Below, piece after piece: positions 38,248-48,580 of a stretch of DNA of 64,000 bases (positions are counted from its first letter, which is position 1; the number at the start of each line of letters is the position of its first letter). Position numbers and translations under genes: made by a program. This DNA is from a bacterium (GTDB lineage Bacteria; Sysuimicrobiota; Sysuimicrobiia; Sysuimicrobiales; Segetimicrobiaceae), in assembly GCA_035295165.1 (NCBI GenBank), contig DATGJN010000085.1:34707-98706 (forward strand). Reading direction: 5' to 3'. Under the pieces are notes generated by a model, which was not told where the DNA came from, made no database searches, and saw only the letters and a list, made by a program, of their open reading frames with translations.

Positions 38248-38293
38248 CGTCGGCGACGGAGTAGCGCAGCACCGCATGGACGGTGCACGGGGC

Positions 38294-39922
38294 TCATGCC
38301 CGACTCCCCGCCGCCTCCTTGGCGGAGGTCACATGACGGCACTTGCGCCATAGGGGATCCGCGGAGACGACCCGTCCGTCCGGCGACGCCGCGGGCGTCC
38401 GGATCCCCACGGCGTTGATCGCGGCACCAACAAAGAACAACACGCACCCAACCAGCATGGCGAGATGAAATGCGTGCGTCGATGCAACACGGGCGGCGCT
38501 CTCAACCTCTCCGGGGACACCCGGTGCCACGGGATTGAGCGGGGCAACGTGCTGGCGAACGCTGGCGGACGATGTAGGGAGGTCCGGGACCAGGGTCGCC
38601 AGCGTGGTGTAGAAACTGGCCGTGACCGCGATGAAGATCAGGGCCACGGCAAGTTGTGGTCCGACATCGGAGATCGCCGTGTTGATCGCGGACGCGACCC
38701 CCGCGTGCTCGGCCGGGATCGAGGCCATAAGCGTTGCGGTGAGCGGAGCCACCATCATCATGGCACCGAGGCCGAGGAAGAGGAAACCGGGAAGGAGATC
38801 GATGACATACGCGCCCGGGGGAACAAACGTGGCGATTTGCCCAGGGCGCATGACCCAGCCGGCGCTCTGCGGAGGGACCCGGGTGAGCCAGGCCGCGCCA
38901 AGGCCCATGAGGAGCGGCCCCGCCGTCATAAACCACCGCGCTCCGTAGCGCGAGGCGAGCACGCCGAACCTCGTTGAGAAGAGCGCCATGAAGATGGCGC
39001 CGGGGACGGTGGCGACGCCGGCGGCCGCGGCGGTATACCCGAGGGTCCCCTGCACGAAGAGTCCGGAATAGTAGAACGTCACGGCGAGCGCCGCATAGAT
39101 CACCAGGGTCGACAGGTTCGTGACCGTGAAGTTGCGGGAGCGGAAGAGCGCGGGCGGGACGAGCGGATGGGACGCTCGGAGCATTCGCAGCGGCAGCAGC
39201 ACGGCGGCCGTCCCGCCGATGCCGAGCGCCAGAAACGCCTCCGGGCCATGCCACCCGCGCTGCTGGCCAGAGATCGTTCCGGAGACCAGTCCCCCTACCG
39301 CCAGGGCCGACAAGATGGTGCCGGGCACGTCGAACTGCCTCGACGCCGTTTCGTCGCGGCTTTCCCGTACAAACCGCTGCACCATCCACCAGGTGAACAC
39401 AACGACCGGGACGTTGACCAAGAACACCGCCCGCCACGACACCGTATCGACGAGCACCCCCCCGATGAAGGGCGCCAGGATTGTCAGTCCGGCCGAGGCG
39501 CCCGACCAAAGGCCAAAGGCACGGCCCTGCTCCTCGCCCGTGAACGTGGTGGTGATAAGCGCCAGCGACCCTGGCACGATAAATGCGCCGGCCACGCCCT
39601 GCAGGACGCGGAACACGACCAGCCACTCCATAGTAGGCGCCAGGCCGCTAAGGACCGACGCCACGCCGAACCCCAGTACGCCGAACGAAAACATCCGGCG
39701 CCGCCCGTACACGTCAGTGAGTCCTCCGGCCAGGATGAGCAGCGCGCTCTCTGCGAGCAGGTACCCATTGTAGACATAGGACTGCCCTTCCAGCACACCA
39801 AAGAAATGGGCGGGCAGGTCGCGCCCGATTCGAGGCAGGGCCACGGTCACGACGCTTGAGTCCAGAAACACCACGCACGACCCGAGGATCGCGGCGAGCA
39901 GCGTGCCGGTCTGATACCTCAC
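38294..39922 (-). CDS. MFS transporter, DHA2 (14-TMS drug:H+ antiporter) family
   Basis: 542 aa with MFS motif A (GGLTDVYGRRRMF) and 14 predicted helices. Confidence 0.9.
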   Translation of the reverse strand: MRYQTGTLLAAILGSCVVFLDSSVVTVALPRIGRDLPAHFFGVLEGQSYVYNGYLLAESALLILAGGLTDVYGRRRMFSFGVLGFGVASVLSGLAPTMEWLVVFRVLQGVAGAFIVPGSLALITTTFTGEEQGRAFGLWSGASAGLTILAPFIGGVLVDTVSWRAVFLVNVPVVVFTWWMVQRFVRESRDETASRQFDVPGTILSALAVGGLVSGTISGQQRGWHGPEAFLALGIGGTAAVLLPLRMLRASHPLVPPALFRSRNFTVTNLSTLVIYAALAVTFYYSGLFVQGTLGYTAAAAGVATVPGAIFMALFSTRFGVLASRYGARWFMTAGPLLMGLGAAWLTRVPPQSAGWVMRPGQIATFVPPGAYVIDLLPGFLFLGLGAMMMVAPLTATLMASIPAEHAGVASAINTAISDVGPQLAVALIFIAVTASFYTTLATLVPDLPTSSASVRQHVAPLNPVAPGVPGEVESAARVASTHAFHLAMLVGCVLFFVGAAINAVGIRTPAASPDGRVVSADPLWRKCRHVTSAKEAAGSRA

Positions 39923-40042
39923 GGCGCGGAATCCGCCCGCGGTCGGAAGCAGCCGGGAATCACCAAACGGACGCGTGTCACCTGCCGGCTGCGCGATCCC
40001 ACCGCAGCGACCCGACGGTGGCGGGCGGGTGGACGTCTCGCC

Positions 40043-40351
40043 TCAATCAAGCGCCACGAATACATCATTTCCCCGAACCCGCACCGCGTAGGTGGCGACG
40101 GGTCGGCGGGCCGGTCCCTTCGTCACCTGGCCCGACGTCACGTCAAACTGGCTGCCGTGCCAGGGGCATGTGACGGTGGCTCCTTCGAGATGCCCCTTGC
40201 CTAAAGGACCTCCCACATGCGTGCACTCGTTCGCGACCGCGTAGAACGTTCCGCCGACATTGAACAGGGCGATCGCTTTCCCTTCTACCGACACGACCGT
40301 CCCCGTCCCGGGCGCCACCTCGCCAGCGTGGGCCACCTTGACCTCTGCCAC
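40043..40351 (-). CDS. Rieske (2Fe-2S) ferredoxin
   Basis: CTHVGGPL...CPWHG Rieske motifs; 102 aa. Confidence 0.85.
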   Translation of the reverse strand: MAEVKVAHAGEVAPGTGTVVSVEGKAIALFNVGGTFYAVANECTHVGGPLGKGHLEGATVTCPWHGSQFDVTSGQVTKGPARRPVATYAVRVRGNDVFVALD

Positions 40352-40550
40352 GTGCGCACCTCCTCCCGGTCAGCGGCATGGGATCGGCACATCGTCTGCG
40401 ACGGTGCCTGCGCCGCCCGACCTCATCCGTGTACTCTTAGCGATCATCTCAAACGGCACGTCCGCCGCCACCTGTCGGCGGCGGCCCGAGGGTTCCTGCC
40501 ACGGGACGCTCATGTGTCCCGCCGGCATCAGACCGCCTGCTCCAGGTGGC

Positions 40551-41480
40551 CTACGTGCGTTCCAGATTCTCGCGATCCCACTGTCCCAACGTCGCGGCCG
40601 CCGCGTACGTGCTCTGCAGGAAGTCCAGCACCATCTCACGCGGATCCGTCGCGGCTCTCACGTCGTCGTACAAGAGCAGGAAGTTGGAGAATTCGGCGCT
40701 GTAGAACGCCGACGCGGGGCGGATGTGCGCGTCCTTGAAACCGAAGGGTTCGGGCGCCGCGTACGAGTAGAATGCCGGGCCGGCGAGGCTGCCGCTGCCC
40801 GGCCAAAAACCGCAACTGCTCACTTCGTGGGAGTACCCTTCGCGGGTGACCGGGTCGGCGTCTTCGCGCACCGGCGCGCGGAGGCCGGAAAACCGAGTCA
40901 CGGCTAGGTCGAAGGTCCCCCAAAAGAAGTGCACCGGGCTCGCCTTCCCAATGAAGCGGGTCCGGAACTCCTTGAGGATGGCATCCGCCTTAAGCAGGAT
41001 GTGCCAGAATCGATGCGCATATGCCGCATCGTACGATGCGTGTTGACTGTCAAGTTCGAAGCGAATCGGATGCGGGACTTCAACTGGCATGGTCCAGATT
41101 TTGACGTTGATGCCGAGTTTCCGGAGCGTCGCCATTGCCTCGCGGTAGAAACCCGCAACCGACTGGGACCGTAACGGGATCGCTTCGGTACGTCCGTCGC
41201 TCGTTTGGAAGACCAGCGCATGGTCGATGAAGTCGAACGTCGCGTCAAACGTGCGTCCACCGGCCGGGATGGGCGTGGTGGTCAGTCCGCGCGACGTCAG
41301 GTAGAACGGAACCTGCCACCAGTGGTTGAGGTGGGGCGTGAGTTTCAGCCTGACCTTCCCGATGATCTGCGTCCACATATGGAGCGTGTGGTAAGTACCC
41401 GACCACGCCTCTAGCGGCAAAGCTGACCACGCCTCCGCGTCGCGTTGCATCTTGGAACTCCTTTCGTGTGCATCGGTCAC
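40551..41480 (-). CDS. conserved hypothetical protein (DUF5996-like, Ava_C0101 family)
   Basis: 309 aa, non-repetitive, with balanced composition and conserved blocks (HLNHWWQVPFYLTSRG, FFWGTFDL). Confidence 0.65.
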   Translation of the reverse strand: MTDAHERSSKMQRDAEAWSALPLEAWSGTYHTLHMWTQIIGKVRLKLTPHLNHWWQVPFYLTSRGLTTTPIPAGGRTFDATFDFIDHALVFQTSDGRTEAIPLRSQSVAGFYREAMATLRKLGINVKIWTMPVEVPHPIRFELDSQHASYDAAYAHRFWHILLKADAILKEFRTRFIGKASPVHFFWGTFDLAVTRFSGLRAPVREDADPVTREGYSHEVSSCGFWPGSGSLAGPAFYSYAAPEPFGFKDAHIRPASAFYSAEFSNFLLLYDDVRAATDPREMVLDFLQSTYAAAATLGQWDRENLERT

Positions 41481-41614
41481 ACGCAGCCAGGTCGCGCGAG
41501 ATACTGGCCGTGCCCGGACGGCCCTTCGACCGGTAGCCTCACTCCATCCTGCACCGCGGTGACGAGGGAACGCACCGCATTTCCTCTTGCTTGCGAGCGC
41601 AAAGACGCTCCCAC

Positions 41615-42052
41615 TTAGCGACGCCGGCAGGCATGACCGCGCGACCTGTGGTTCTTGTACCTCGGGTAGCGCCGCCTCCTCGACGAAATCAACCCGCGTC
41701 TCAGGATGTGAGCACCCGTCGGGAACGATCCGGCCCGCGTCACAGGAGTTCTCCAGGGACTGCGTCGTCTCTTTCGGATGTTCCTCCTCCGGAACCGCGA
41801 CAAGATTCGTTCAACCCGCCCGCGTACGGCCTCAGGAATCGAGCGCGTCTTGTCCGCGGCGAGTCGTTCCGGCCGTGGCAGCGCAAATGCCAGCTGTCCG
41901 GACGATTGCATACGTCCTCCCATCCGCCTACACTCGGGAGGAACGCATCCATCTCCACCTCCGGCGAACAGCGCGGCGTGCGCGTAGGCGACCATCAGTC
42001 CGATGTCGTGGGCGAGGAGTTTCGCGTGCGCGACACCGAGCGGCATCGCCAA
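41615..42052 (-). CDS. possible gene fragment / hypothetical protein
   Basis: The N-terminal 35 aa look protein-like (MPLGVAHAKLLAHDIGLMVAYAHAALFAGGGDG). The rest is Arg-rich, GC-skewed junk, so it is probably a remnant. Confidence 0.25.
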   Translation of the reverse strand: MAMPLGVAHAKLLAHDIGLMVAYAHAALFAGGGDGCVPPECRRMGGRMQSSGQLAFALPRPERLAADKTRSIPEAVRGRVERILSRFRRRNIRKRRRSPWRTPVTRAGSFPTGAHILRRGLISSRRRRYPRYKNHRSRGHACRRR

Positions 42053-42225
42053 CGCTTAGAGGTGCATGGCCGCGGGTTTAGCGGACCACCGTTTGCGCTC
42101 TGAGCTGCCGGTTGCGGAGTTACCGGTTGCCGCTATGCCGTCGGTGTTTCTTCATACGGGGTGCGGCTCGCGCGCGGGAGGCCGCTGAGATCGTCCCTGG
42201 CGGCTCAGGGCGCACCCGAGTGCGA

Positions 42226-43074
42226 TCATTCCGGCGCACCGTGGCCGGATGCGACCCGCACGACACCTCGGACGATGTCGCGAAACGCCTCGTCGAAATT
42301 CACGCCGTGAATACCCCAGGCGTAGTCGATCCCGTGGTAACGCATTCTCCACGAGCCGGCCCACCCTGGCACCGCCCGTTTGAACGCCAACGTGCCTGCG
42401 ACCACCGCCTCGTCCGCCGAGGGTGCAACCTGCGGCGAAGGAAACTGTCCCACCGTGACGCCCCACGCGGCAAAATCAGCGTCGGTCGGAAAGCGCACCT
42501 GCATGCCCAAATCCCGGGCCACGTCGGCGAATGCCACACGCTGATCGGCGCCGGCGGGGCTCTCGGCGCTCAGCAAGTAGGCCGCGGTGTACCCACGCAC
42601 CATGAGCACCGGCATGATCACCGGCCGTTGCCCCCGCCAGGGCTGTTCGCCCAGATCCGCCAGCGCCTTGTCGATCAGCGCGGGGACGAAATGCACGGTG
42701 AGGTTGAACGGTCGATCGTACGTCCCCTGGTCGTCGTGATGGTGATACGCGGCCAGTTGGTCCACATAGTCAAAGGATGCGACGAAAAGGTCCGCCTCCG
42801 CAGCCAATCTGTCGACCCGCGGATCGTGGGATAGCCGCGGCTCCCCGGAGACCTTCACGAGCACCTCGCGCAGGCATCGCGCGAATCCGGTCGGACGGCT
42901 GCGCCGGTCCGACCCTGTCACCACGGCGGTCGCCTGATACCGATTGCTCATGTCCTGGGCCCCGCTCGATCGGGCGACGGTCACAACGGGCGCGACGGAG
43001 ATCATGACGAGGAATAGCGCGAACGTACGCGACCGGCGCCGTGCTTGCCAATCCGTCATCGTCTGTCTCCTCAT
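42226..43074 (-). CDS. exported hypothetical protein
   Basis: N-terminal RR-containing signal (RRRSRTFALFLVMISVAPVVTVA) followed by a non-repetitive soluble domain. Confidence 0.65.
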   Translation of the reverse strand: MRRQTMTDWQARRRSRTFALFLVMISVAPVVTVARSSGAQDMSNRYQATAVVTGSDRRSRPTGFARCLREVLVKVSGEPRLSHDPRVDRLAAEADLFVASFDYVDQLAAYHHHDDQGTYDRPFNLTVHFVPALIDKALADLGEQPWRGQRPVIMPVLMVRGYTAAYLLSAESPAGADQRVAFADVARDLGMQVRFPTDADFAAWGVTVGQFPSPQVAPSADEAVVAGTLAFKRAVPGWAGSWRMRYHGIDYAWGIHGVNFDEAFRDIVRGVVRVASGHGAPE

Positions 43075-43196
43075 CGGTAATAACCATCTATATCGCATTA
43101 TAGGTTATTGCGATCTGTCACGGAACCCTCCCCCAGTCAAACTCCCATTGGCCGGCAACATGCTACGATGGTTGGCGACGGACATGGAGGCGAAGA

Positions 43197-43820
43197 TTGG
43201 AGCCGGGGCGACGCGAGCAGGCACCGGGGACCCTGCGCCTGCTTCAACAATTCGTCAACACGTACAACATCGAGCGAGAGCAGATCGGGTTGCGAACAGA
43301 GGAGTTCGCCTCCCCTGCCGACCTCCGCCGCTGGCTGGTGAGTCATGCGTTGCTGCCTCGAGACGCTCGGGTCCGTACACTCGAGCTCAAGCGTACCTTA
43401 GAGGTCCGTGAGGCGTTGCGCCGGCTCTTACTCGCACACAACGGATGGCCGATGGATTCGACCACCGTAGCGGTCCTGAACCGCCTTGCGCGGGATGCAC
43501 GGCTGGTGGTCCGCCTCCAACGCGATGGCCAGATGCGGCTCGAACCGGACGCGGCCGGCCTCACCGGCGCGCTCGGCCGCCTCCTGTCAGTGGCGTTTAT
43601 GGCGGAGATCGAGGGAACGTGGCAACGACTGAAGGCGTGCCGAAGATGCCACTGGGCCTTCTACGACCACTCGAGGAATCGGTCTGGAAGGTGGTGCGCC
43701 ATGTCAATCTGCGGGAACCGGACGAAGGCTCAAGCCTATCGGTCGCGTCATCGCGTGAAAACAAGGCCACGACCCCGGCTCGCATCGGCAATACTCCATG
43801 GGCGGGCACGAAGCCGGTAG
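43197..43820 (+). CDS. CGNR zinc-finger (ABATE domain) putative stress-responsive regulator
   Basis: C-terminal CRRCHWAFYDHSRNRSGRWCAMSICGNRTKAQAYRSRHR matches the CGNR zinc finger. Confidence 0.85.
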   Translation: MEPGRREQAPGTLRLLQQFVNTYNIEREQIGLRTEEFASPADLRRWLVSHALLPRDARVRTLELKRTLEVREALRRLLLAHNGWPMDSTTVAVLNRLARDARLVVRLQRDGQMRLEPDAAGLTGALGRLLSVAFMAEIEGTWQRLKACRRCHWAFYDHSRNRSGRWCAMSICGNRTKAQAYRSRHRVKTRPRPRLASAILHGRARSR

Positions 43821-44033
43821 ACGCGCAGGTTCTTTGCTGGGCGTGCTCTCCGTCATCACGCAACCACCATCCATCACCGCCTCGCGCCGCCAGGCTGAAT
43901 CGGCCCCCCCGCCGAGCACCCTTGTCGGCATAGGGGTCCGCGCGTTGGCGGGGAAGACTCCGACGGTACGGCTTGTCGGTCGTTGGGCCGACGGAGCGTC
44001 GGAGGAATGGGGAAGAAGGAGGGATCAGATAGG

Positions 44034-44495
44034 ATGCCCCGCGGCATCGTAGCGCACCGCGTGAGACGACGTGCAAACGAAGCACGCCCGACGACCATTC
44101 GGCTTAATCCCATCGGCATTATCCGATCGACCCTGAAGACGCGCGCCAACGCGCCCAAACAGGGTGCCGAGGGCGCGCCTGACGCGTGGCTCGAGGTAAA
44201 GGCGTCCGTCGTGCAAGCGCTCGACGGCATCGTCGTCGGCGACGAAATCATTGTCGTCACGTGGTTGCATCAGGCCCGGCGCAATGTGCTTAAAGTCCAT
44301 CCGCGCTCGGACAAGCGCCGTCCCCTGATCGGCGTCTTCGCGACACGATCCCCGGATCGACCCAATCCGCTGGGGCTCCACCGGGTCACCGTAAAGGCTG
44401 TTGCCAAGACTCGAGTGCTTCTCGGACCAATCGAGGCGATCGATGGCACTCCGGTCGTGGACATTAAACCGGTTCGCGTCGGCGTGCAGGACTAA
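44034..44495 (+). CDS. tsaA: tRNA (t6A37) methyltransferase TsaA/TrmO-like (YaeB family N-terminal domain)
   Basis: ATG with GAAGGAGGG upstream. The translation carries the RPNPLGLH motif and the TsaA beta-barrel blocks. Confidence 0.8.
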   Translation: MPRGIVAHRVRRRANEARPTTIRLNPIGIIRSTLKTRANAPKQGAEGAPDAWLEVKASVVQALDGIVVGDEIIVVTWLHQARRNVLKVHPRSDKRRPLIGVFATRSPDRPNPLGLHRVTVKAVAKTRVLLGPIEAIDGTPVVDIKPVRVGVQD

Positions 44496-44722
44496 TGTGG
44501 CGACGGCCATCTAGATGGGAAGTCTGCCTACCCTTCTACTGCGGGAGCGCGCGCATCAAGGGTATCGGCCTGCAAGGCGGTTGAACCATGCCGCGGGCAT
44601 CGGTAAGCGTGCCAGAGTGCCACCCCCTCGTCCACGCTCGACACCCCAGTCATGGCTTGCGCCTGGCTGTTCAGTCGCCAAGCGCCACGTCACCGGCTCA
44701 GAGGCACGACCGGCCGCTTGGG

Positions 44723-45490
44723 TCAGAAGTAGTTCGACGTGATCCCGCCGTCCGCGACCATCACGCTGCCGTTCACCCAGGTGGATTCATCCGACGCGAG
44801 ATAGAGGGCCAAGTTGACGATGTCCTCCGGCCGCCCGAAACGTCCCATCGGAATGCGGTTGAGACGGAGCTGTTTGGCCTCGGGGTTGTTGAGCAGCCAA
44901 GACGTGAGCAGAGGCGTTTCGATCGGGCCGGGCGCGATCGCGTTCGTGCGGATCTGCTTGGGGCCGAACTGGACCGCAAGTGATTTCGTGAGCGCGATGA
45001 CCGCGCCCTTGCTCGCCGTGTAGGCGTCCTGCGGCACGCTGCAGCCGACCAATGCGACGAACGACGCGATGTTGATGATCGACCCGCCCCCGGCACGCAG
45101 CAGTTCCGGAATTCCGTGTTTGCAGCAGAAGTAAATACCTTTGAGGTTGACGGCCATGACCTGGTCCCATACGGCCTCCTCGACGTCCACGACCGAGCCG
45201 TCGCGCTCGGGGAAGATCCCGGCGTTGTTGTACAGGACGTCCAGGCGGCCGAATGCCTTGACGCCTGTCCGCACCGCGTCCCGGACCTGCGCCTCCCGTG
45301 AGACGTCGACCGCAACGGCGATCGCGCGCCCGCCGCTGCGGCCGATCTCCGCGGCGGTATCCTGTACCGCCTGCGCGGAGACGTCGGCGGCGACGATTTG
45401 CGCGCCCTCTCGCGCGAAGGTCAGGGCCGCCAGCCGGCCCATCCCCCCTCCCGCGCCGGTGATCAACGCGACCTTGTCACGTAGCCTCAT
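44723..45490 (-). CDS. SDR family oxidoreductase
   Basis: TGAGGGMG cofactor motif, NNAG, and the catalytic YxxxK (YTASK). Confidence 0.9.
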   Translation of the reverse strand: MRLRDKVALITGAGGGMGRLAALTFAREGAQIVAADVSAQAVQDTAAEIGRSGGRAIAVAVDVSREAQVRDAVRTGVKAFGRLDVLYNNAGIFPERDGSVVDVEEAVWDQVMAVNLKGIYFCCKHGIPELLRAGGGSIINIASFVALVGCSVPQDAYTASKGAVIALTKSLAVQFGPKQIRTNAIAPGPIETPLLTSWLLNNPEAKQLRLNRIPMGRFGRPEDIVNLALYLASDESTWVNGSVMVADGGITSNYF

Positions 45491-45571
45491 GTCTCTCTCC
45501 TCTCCTGACCCCGTTGGGAGCGTACCTAAGCCCGCGCCGAGCGGGAAACGAACAGTGGGCCCTCCGCCGCC

Positions 45572-46933
45572 TCAGGTGCGCTCAAGGTAGCGCTCCCGCT
45601 CCCAGCACGTGACGACGCGGTCGAACTCGCCCTGCTCAACCTCGGCCGCGTGTGCGTAGTGATCCACCACCACTTCGCCGAGCGCCTTCGTGGCGACGGC
45701 GCTGCTCCGGGCCGCCCGCGCAGCCTCGAGCAAGCCCCTCGGCATTCTCGGCAGGTCGGTCGCCTCGTACGCGTTGCCACGATACTCGGCCGGCGGTTCG
45801 ATCTGTTCGCGGACGCCGTGCAGGCCGGCCGCCAACATCGCGGTGTACGCGAGGTACGGGTTGACGTCGGCGCCCGGGATTCGGCTTTCGATCCGCAGCG
45901 AATTGCCCGACCCCACGAGCCGGAACCCGCACGTCCGGTTGTCCCACGACCACGCCATGTTGACGGGGGCCCAGCTGCCCGCGGCGTACCGCTTGTACGA
46001 GTTCACGGTGGGTGCGAGGAAGACGGCGAAGTCCGCCACGTGGGCGACGAGGCCCCCGAGGAAGTGGCGCATCATTGGCGACCAATCGCGGCCGCCCGAC
46101 CCCGCCTGGAACTGATTGTGCGTCCCGGCGGGGTCCCACAGGCTCACGTGCAGGTGGCAGCTGCTCCCGGTCCAGCGGTGATCCGGCTTCGCCATGAACG
46201 TCAGGGCCAGGTCTCGCGCCATCGCCATTTCCTTGGCGCCCTCCTTGAAGAGGACGTGTTGGTCCGCGGCCTCGACCGGGTCCCCGTACCGAATGTTGAT
46301 CTCGTGTTGCCCAGCGCCGGCCTCGCCCTTGCTGAACTCTACCGGAATGCCCGCCCCAAGCATGCGGTTGCGGATCTCGCGGTACAACGGTTCCGCCTTC
46401 GCGCCCTGGAGGACGTGGTAGTCTTCGAAGTACCAGCCGAACGGCTCGATGTCGTGGAACTGCTTCCGGTGGGCCGACTCGTACGTCTCGCGAAGTAGAT
46501 AGAACTCGAGCTCCGAGGCCATCTTGGCTCGAACGCCCAGCGCGCGGGCGGCGGCCACCTGCTGCTTCAACAGCGTCCGCGGGGACACCGACACAGCCTG
46601 TCCCTCCTCGTCGAGCACGTCGCACAGGACGAACGCGGTGCCCTCGCGCCACGGAGTCACGCGCAGCGTGCCGAGGTCCGGCACGGCCAGCCAGTCGCCG
46701 TACCCCTGCGCCCAACTCATGAGGCGGAAGCCGGGGGGGCACGTCATTTCCATCTCGGTCCCGAGCAGATAGTTGCAGCAGTGGATGCCGTGATCGGCGA
46801 CCTCGTCGCAGAAGAACTCGCCGGTCACGGCTTTGCCCATCAACCGTCCCTGCATGTCGGTGAAGGCCGTGATCACGGTATCGATCTGTCCGCCACGCAC
46901 CCGCTGCCGCAGTTCGTCAAGGGAAACTGACAT
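45572..46933 (-). CDS. glutamine synthetase family protein (GlnA3 / gamma-glutamyl-amine synthetase-like)
   Basis: 453 aa with the GS catalytic-domain blocks (EFY..., NSYKRY-like VNSYKRYAAGSWAP, RIPGAD). Confidence 0.85.
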   Translation of the reverse strand: MSVSLDELRQRVRGGQIDTVITAFTDMQGRLMGKAVTGEFFCDEVADHGIHCCNYLLGTEMEMTCPPGFRLMSWAQGYGDWLAVPDLGTLRVTPWREGTAFVLCDVLDEEGQAVSVSPRTLLKQQVAAARALGVRAKMASELEFYLLRETYESAHRKQFHDIEPFGWYFEDYHVLQGAKAEPLYREIRNRMLGAGIPVEFSKGEAGAGQHEINIRYGDPVEAADQHVLFKEGAKEMAMARDLALTFMAKPDHRWTGSSCHLHVSLWDPAGTHNQFQAGSGGRDWSPMMRHFLGGLVAHVADFAVFLAPTVNSYKRYAAGSWAPVNMAWSWDNRTCGFRLVGSGNSLRIESRIPGADVNPYLAYTAMLAAGLHGVREQIEPPAEYRGNAYEATDLPRMPRGLLEAARAARSSAVATKALGEVVVDHYAHAAEVEQGEFDRVVTCWERERYLERT

Positions 46934-47004
46934 GACGACATGCCTCCTGTGTCGATCGAGTCGCGCGATCGCGCATCGCGCTTCCCTAGCGCCGCACCAT
47001 CACG

Positions 47005-47304
47005 ATGGCCGCCCCCGGGTCAAACGGCGGCCTCGCCCGTTGCCGCGTCGGATGCGACCGCCGTGAGGCGCCCGGCCGCGTCCACGTTCGGACATTCCCC
47101 GTCCGCCTGGATCACAATCACGTTCGACCGCGGCGCGGTCGCGCGCGCATTCATGTCGATGGAAGGGACTGGGAACCACACGTCGGCAGCGCTCTAACAC
47201 TCACCCCGGGCACGGTTCACCGCGTCGGGGCCATGGACGATCTCACGCTCTCCCAAGTATCGACGCCGGATCCACGTGACGTCGTGCGAGTCGGGAGATT
47301 GTAG
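47005..47304 (+). CDS. possible small cupin-domain protein
   Basis: The 99-aa ORF has cupin-like motif 2 (GSALTLTPGTVHRVGAMDDLTL) and an HNH motif-1 remnant. No SD is visible, so it could be a decayed gene. Confidence 0.35.
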   Translation: MAAPGSNGGLARCRVGCDRREAPGRVHVRTFPVRLDHNHVRPRRGRARIHVDGRDWEPHVGSALTLTPGTVHRVGAMDDLTLSQVSTPDPRDVVRVGRL

Positions 47305-47558
47305 AACCGCTGGGGTGGCAGCCGGTCTCCTCGCGACTCGCCTCCTCGGCCGACCACGCAGTCGTCAGTCTCCGCGACATAACATCGCTACCGTAGCGGT
47401 CGGGTTCGGCAGGTCAGGGGTGTGGACCTCCGGGTCCCTACAGACTGATCCGAGTCACGTCCGACGGGTCCCGAGGCATCAGAGAGACAGGAGGTGTTTA
47501 GCCCGTCCCCAAGCTCGCGTGGGCATAGGCTTCGCTTCACGGAGCTCATGTCATCGGC

Positions 47559-47822
47559 TTACCGCCCTTCGCTGACCTGCAGGACCCGCACGCCACGCAT
47601 ATCCACCCAATAGCGCCCGTTCACATGCGCGAGGCGAATCAGGGCGGTGTCGCAAGAACGACAGCGCACCACCATCCCCATGGCGTGCGTGTACGCTGCA
47701 GATGCGCCAATCGGCTCGGTCGCTCCACACCCATCACAGGTTGCCAGGGGACTGGTCATTTCGAAGGGGAAGATCTCGCCGAGGACCCCTCCGGCAACAT
47801 TACCATCCAGCCTCGTTTCCAT
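47559..47822 (-). CDS. DUF6510-like small Cys-rich protein
   Basis: The internal start METRLDGNVAGGVLGEIF...CDGCG...VVRCRSC overlaps the upstream stop (ATGA). It is the usual small partner of an FAD reductase plus a molybdoenzyme. Confidence 0.7.
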   Translation of the reverse strand: METRLDGNVAGGVLGEIFPFEMTSPLATCDGCGATEPIGASAAYTHAMGMVVRCRSCDTALIRLAHVNGRYWVDMRGVRVLQVSEGR

Positions 47823-48580
47823 TACTCGCCTCCTGTCGGCCCGAAGCGCTCGGTTTTGATGAGGGTTGGATCGTACCCCAGCGCCGCAAGGCCCGTAGCA
47901 GCCGTCTCGACGAACTGCGTGGGGCCGCAGATGTAGGCGAGCGGACGGTCTTGGGCGGGCCATGCCACGTCCCGCAAAAGATCGCTGTCGATACGGCGCC
48001 CATACCCTGTCCACCCCGAGGGCTGTCGCCGGGTCAGCGTGTAGATCACCTTGAGCCCCGTCTCGCGCGCCGCTACGTCATCGAACTCGTTGTGGTAGAT
48101 CACCTCGTCTTGCGACCGCGAGGAGTACAGCAATCGGGTCGGCACGGTGCTAGCGCGCGCCCGCCGGTGCCGGAGCATGGCCATGAGCGGCACAATCCCC
48201 GACCCCCCGCCGACGAGCAACAGCGGCCCGCCCATGCTCGCCTCCCAGACGAAGTACCCTCCGATGGGACCCCGAAGCTCCAGGCGGTCGCCGCCGTGCA
48301 CCTCGTCAACCAAATAGGGCGACACCTCTCCATCGTCCAGCCGCTCGACCGTGATGGTCACCCTCGGGTTCTCCTCGGGAGGTGAGGCGATGGAATAGCT
48401 TCGCTCCGCCCGGTAGCCGTCTTCCGCGGTGAGCCGGACGTCCACGTGCTGGCCCGGGCGGTGCCCGGGCCAGTCCGGCACCATCAGTGTCAGGCTTCTC
48501 GCCCGCGGGGTCTCCATCCGTGTCTCTACGACCTCGCCGAGCTGCCAGGTCAGTCGCCGGCGTACCGCTGTTCCTTCCAT
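47822..48580 (-). CDS. ferredoxin-reductase-type FAD/NAD(P)-binding oxidoreductase
   Basis: RxYS FAD motif (AERSYSIAS) and GGSGIVP NAD motif; 252 aa. Confidence 0.85.
   Translation of the reverse strand: MEGTAVRRRLTWQLGEVVETRMETPRARSLTLMVPDWPGHRPGQHVDVRLTAEDGYRAERSYSIASPPEENPRVTITVERLDDGEVSPYLVDEVHGGDRLELRGPIGGYFVWEASMGGPLLLVGGGSGIVPLMAMLRHRRARASTVPTRLLYSSRSQDEVIYHNEFDDVAARETGLKVIYTLTRRQPSGWTGYGRRIDSDLLRDVAWPAQDRPLAYICGPTQFVETAATGLAALGYDPTLIKTERFGPTGGE

Noticed and set aside
45636-46742. 368-aa minus-strand Arg/Gly-rich ORF and a 282-aa plus-strand ORF within the GS-like gene
   Set aside because: Alternative-frame or antisense readings. The GS frame carries the conserved catalytic blocks.
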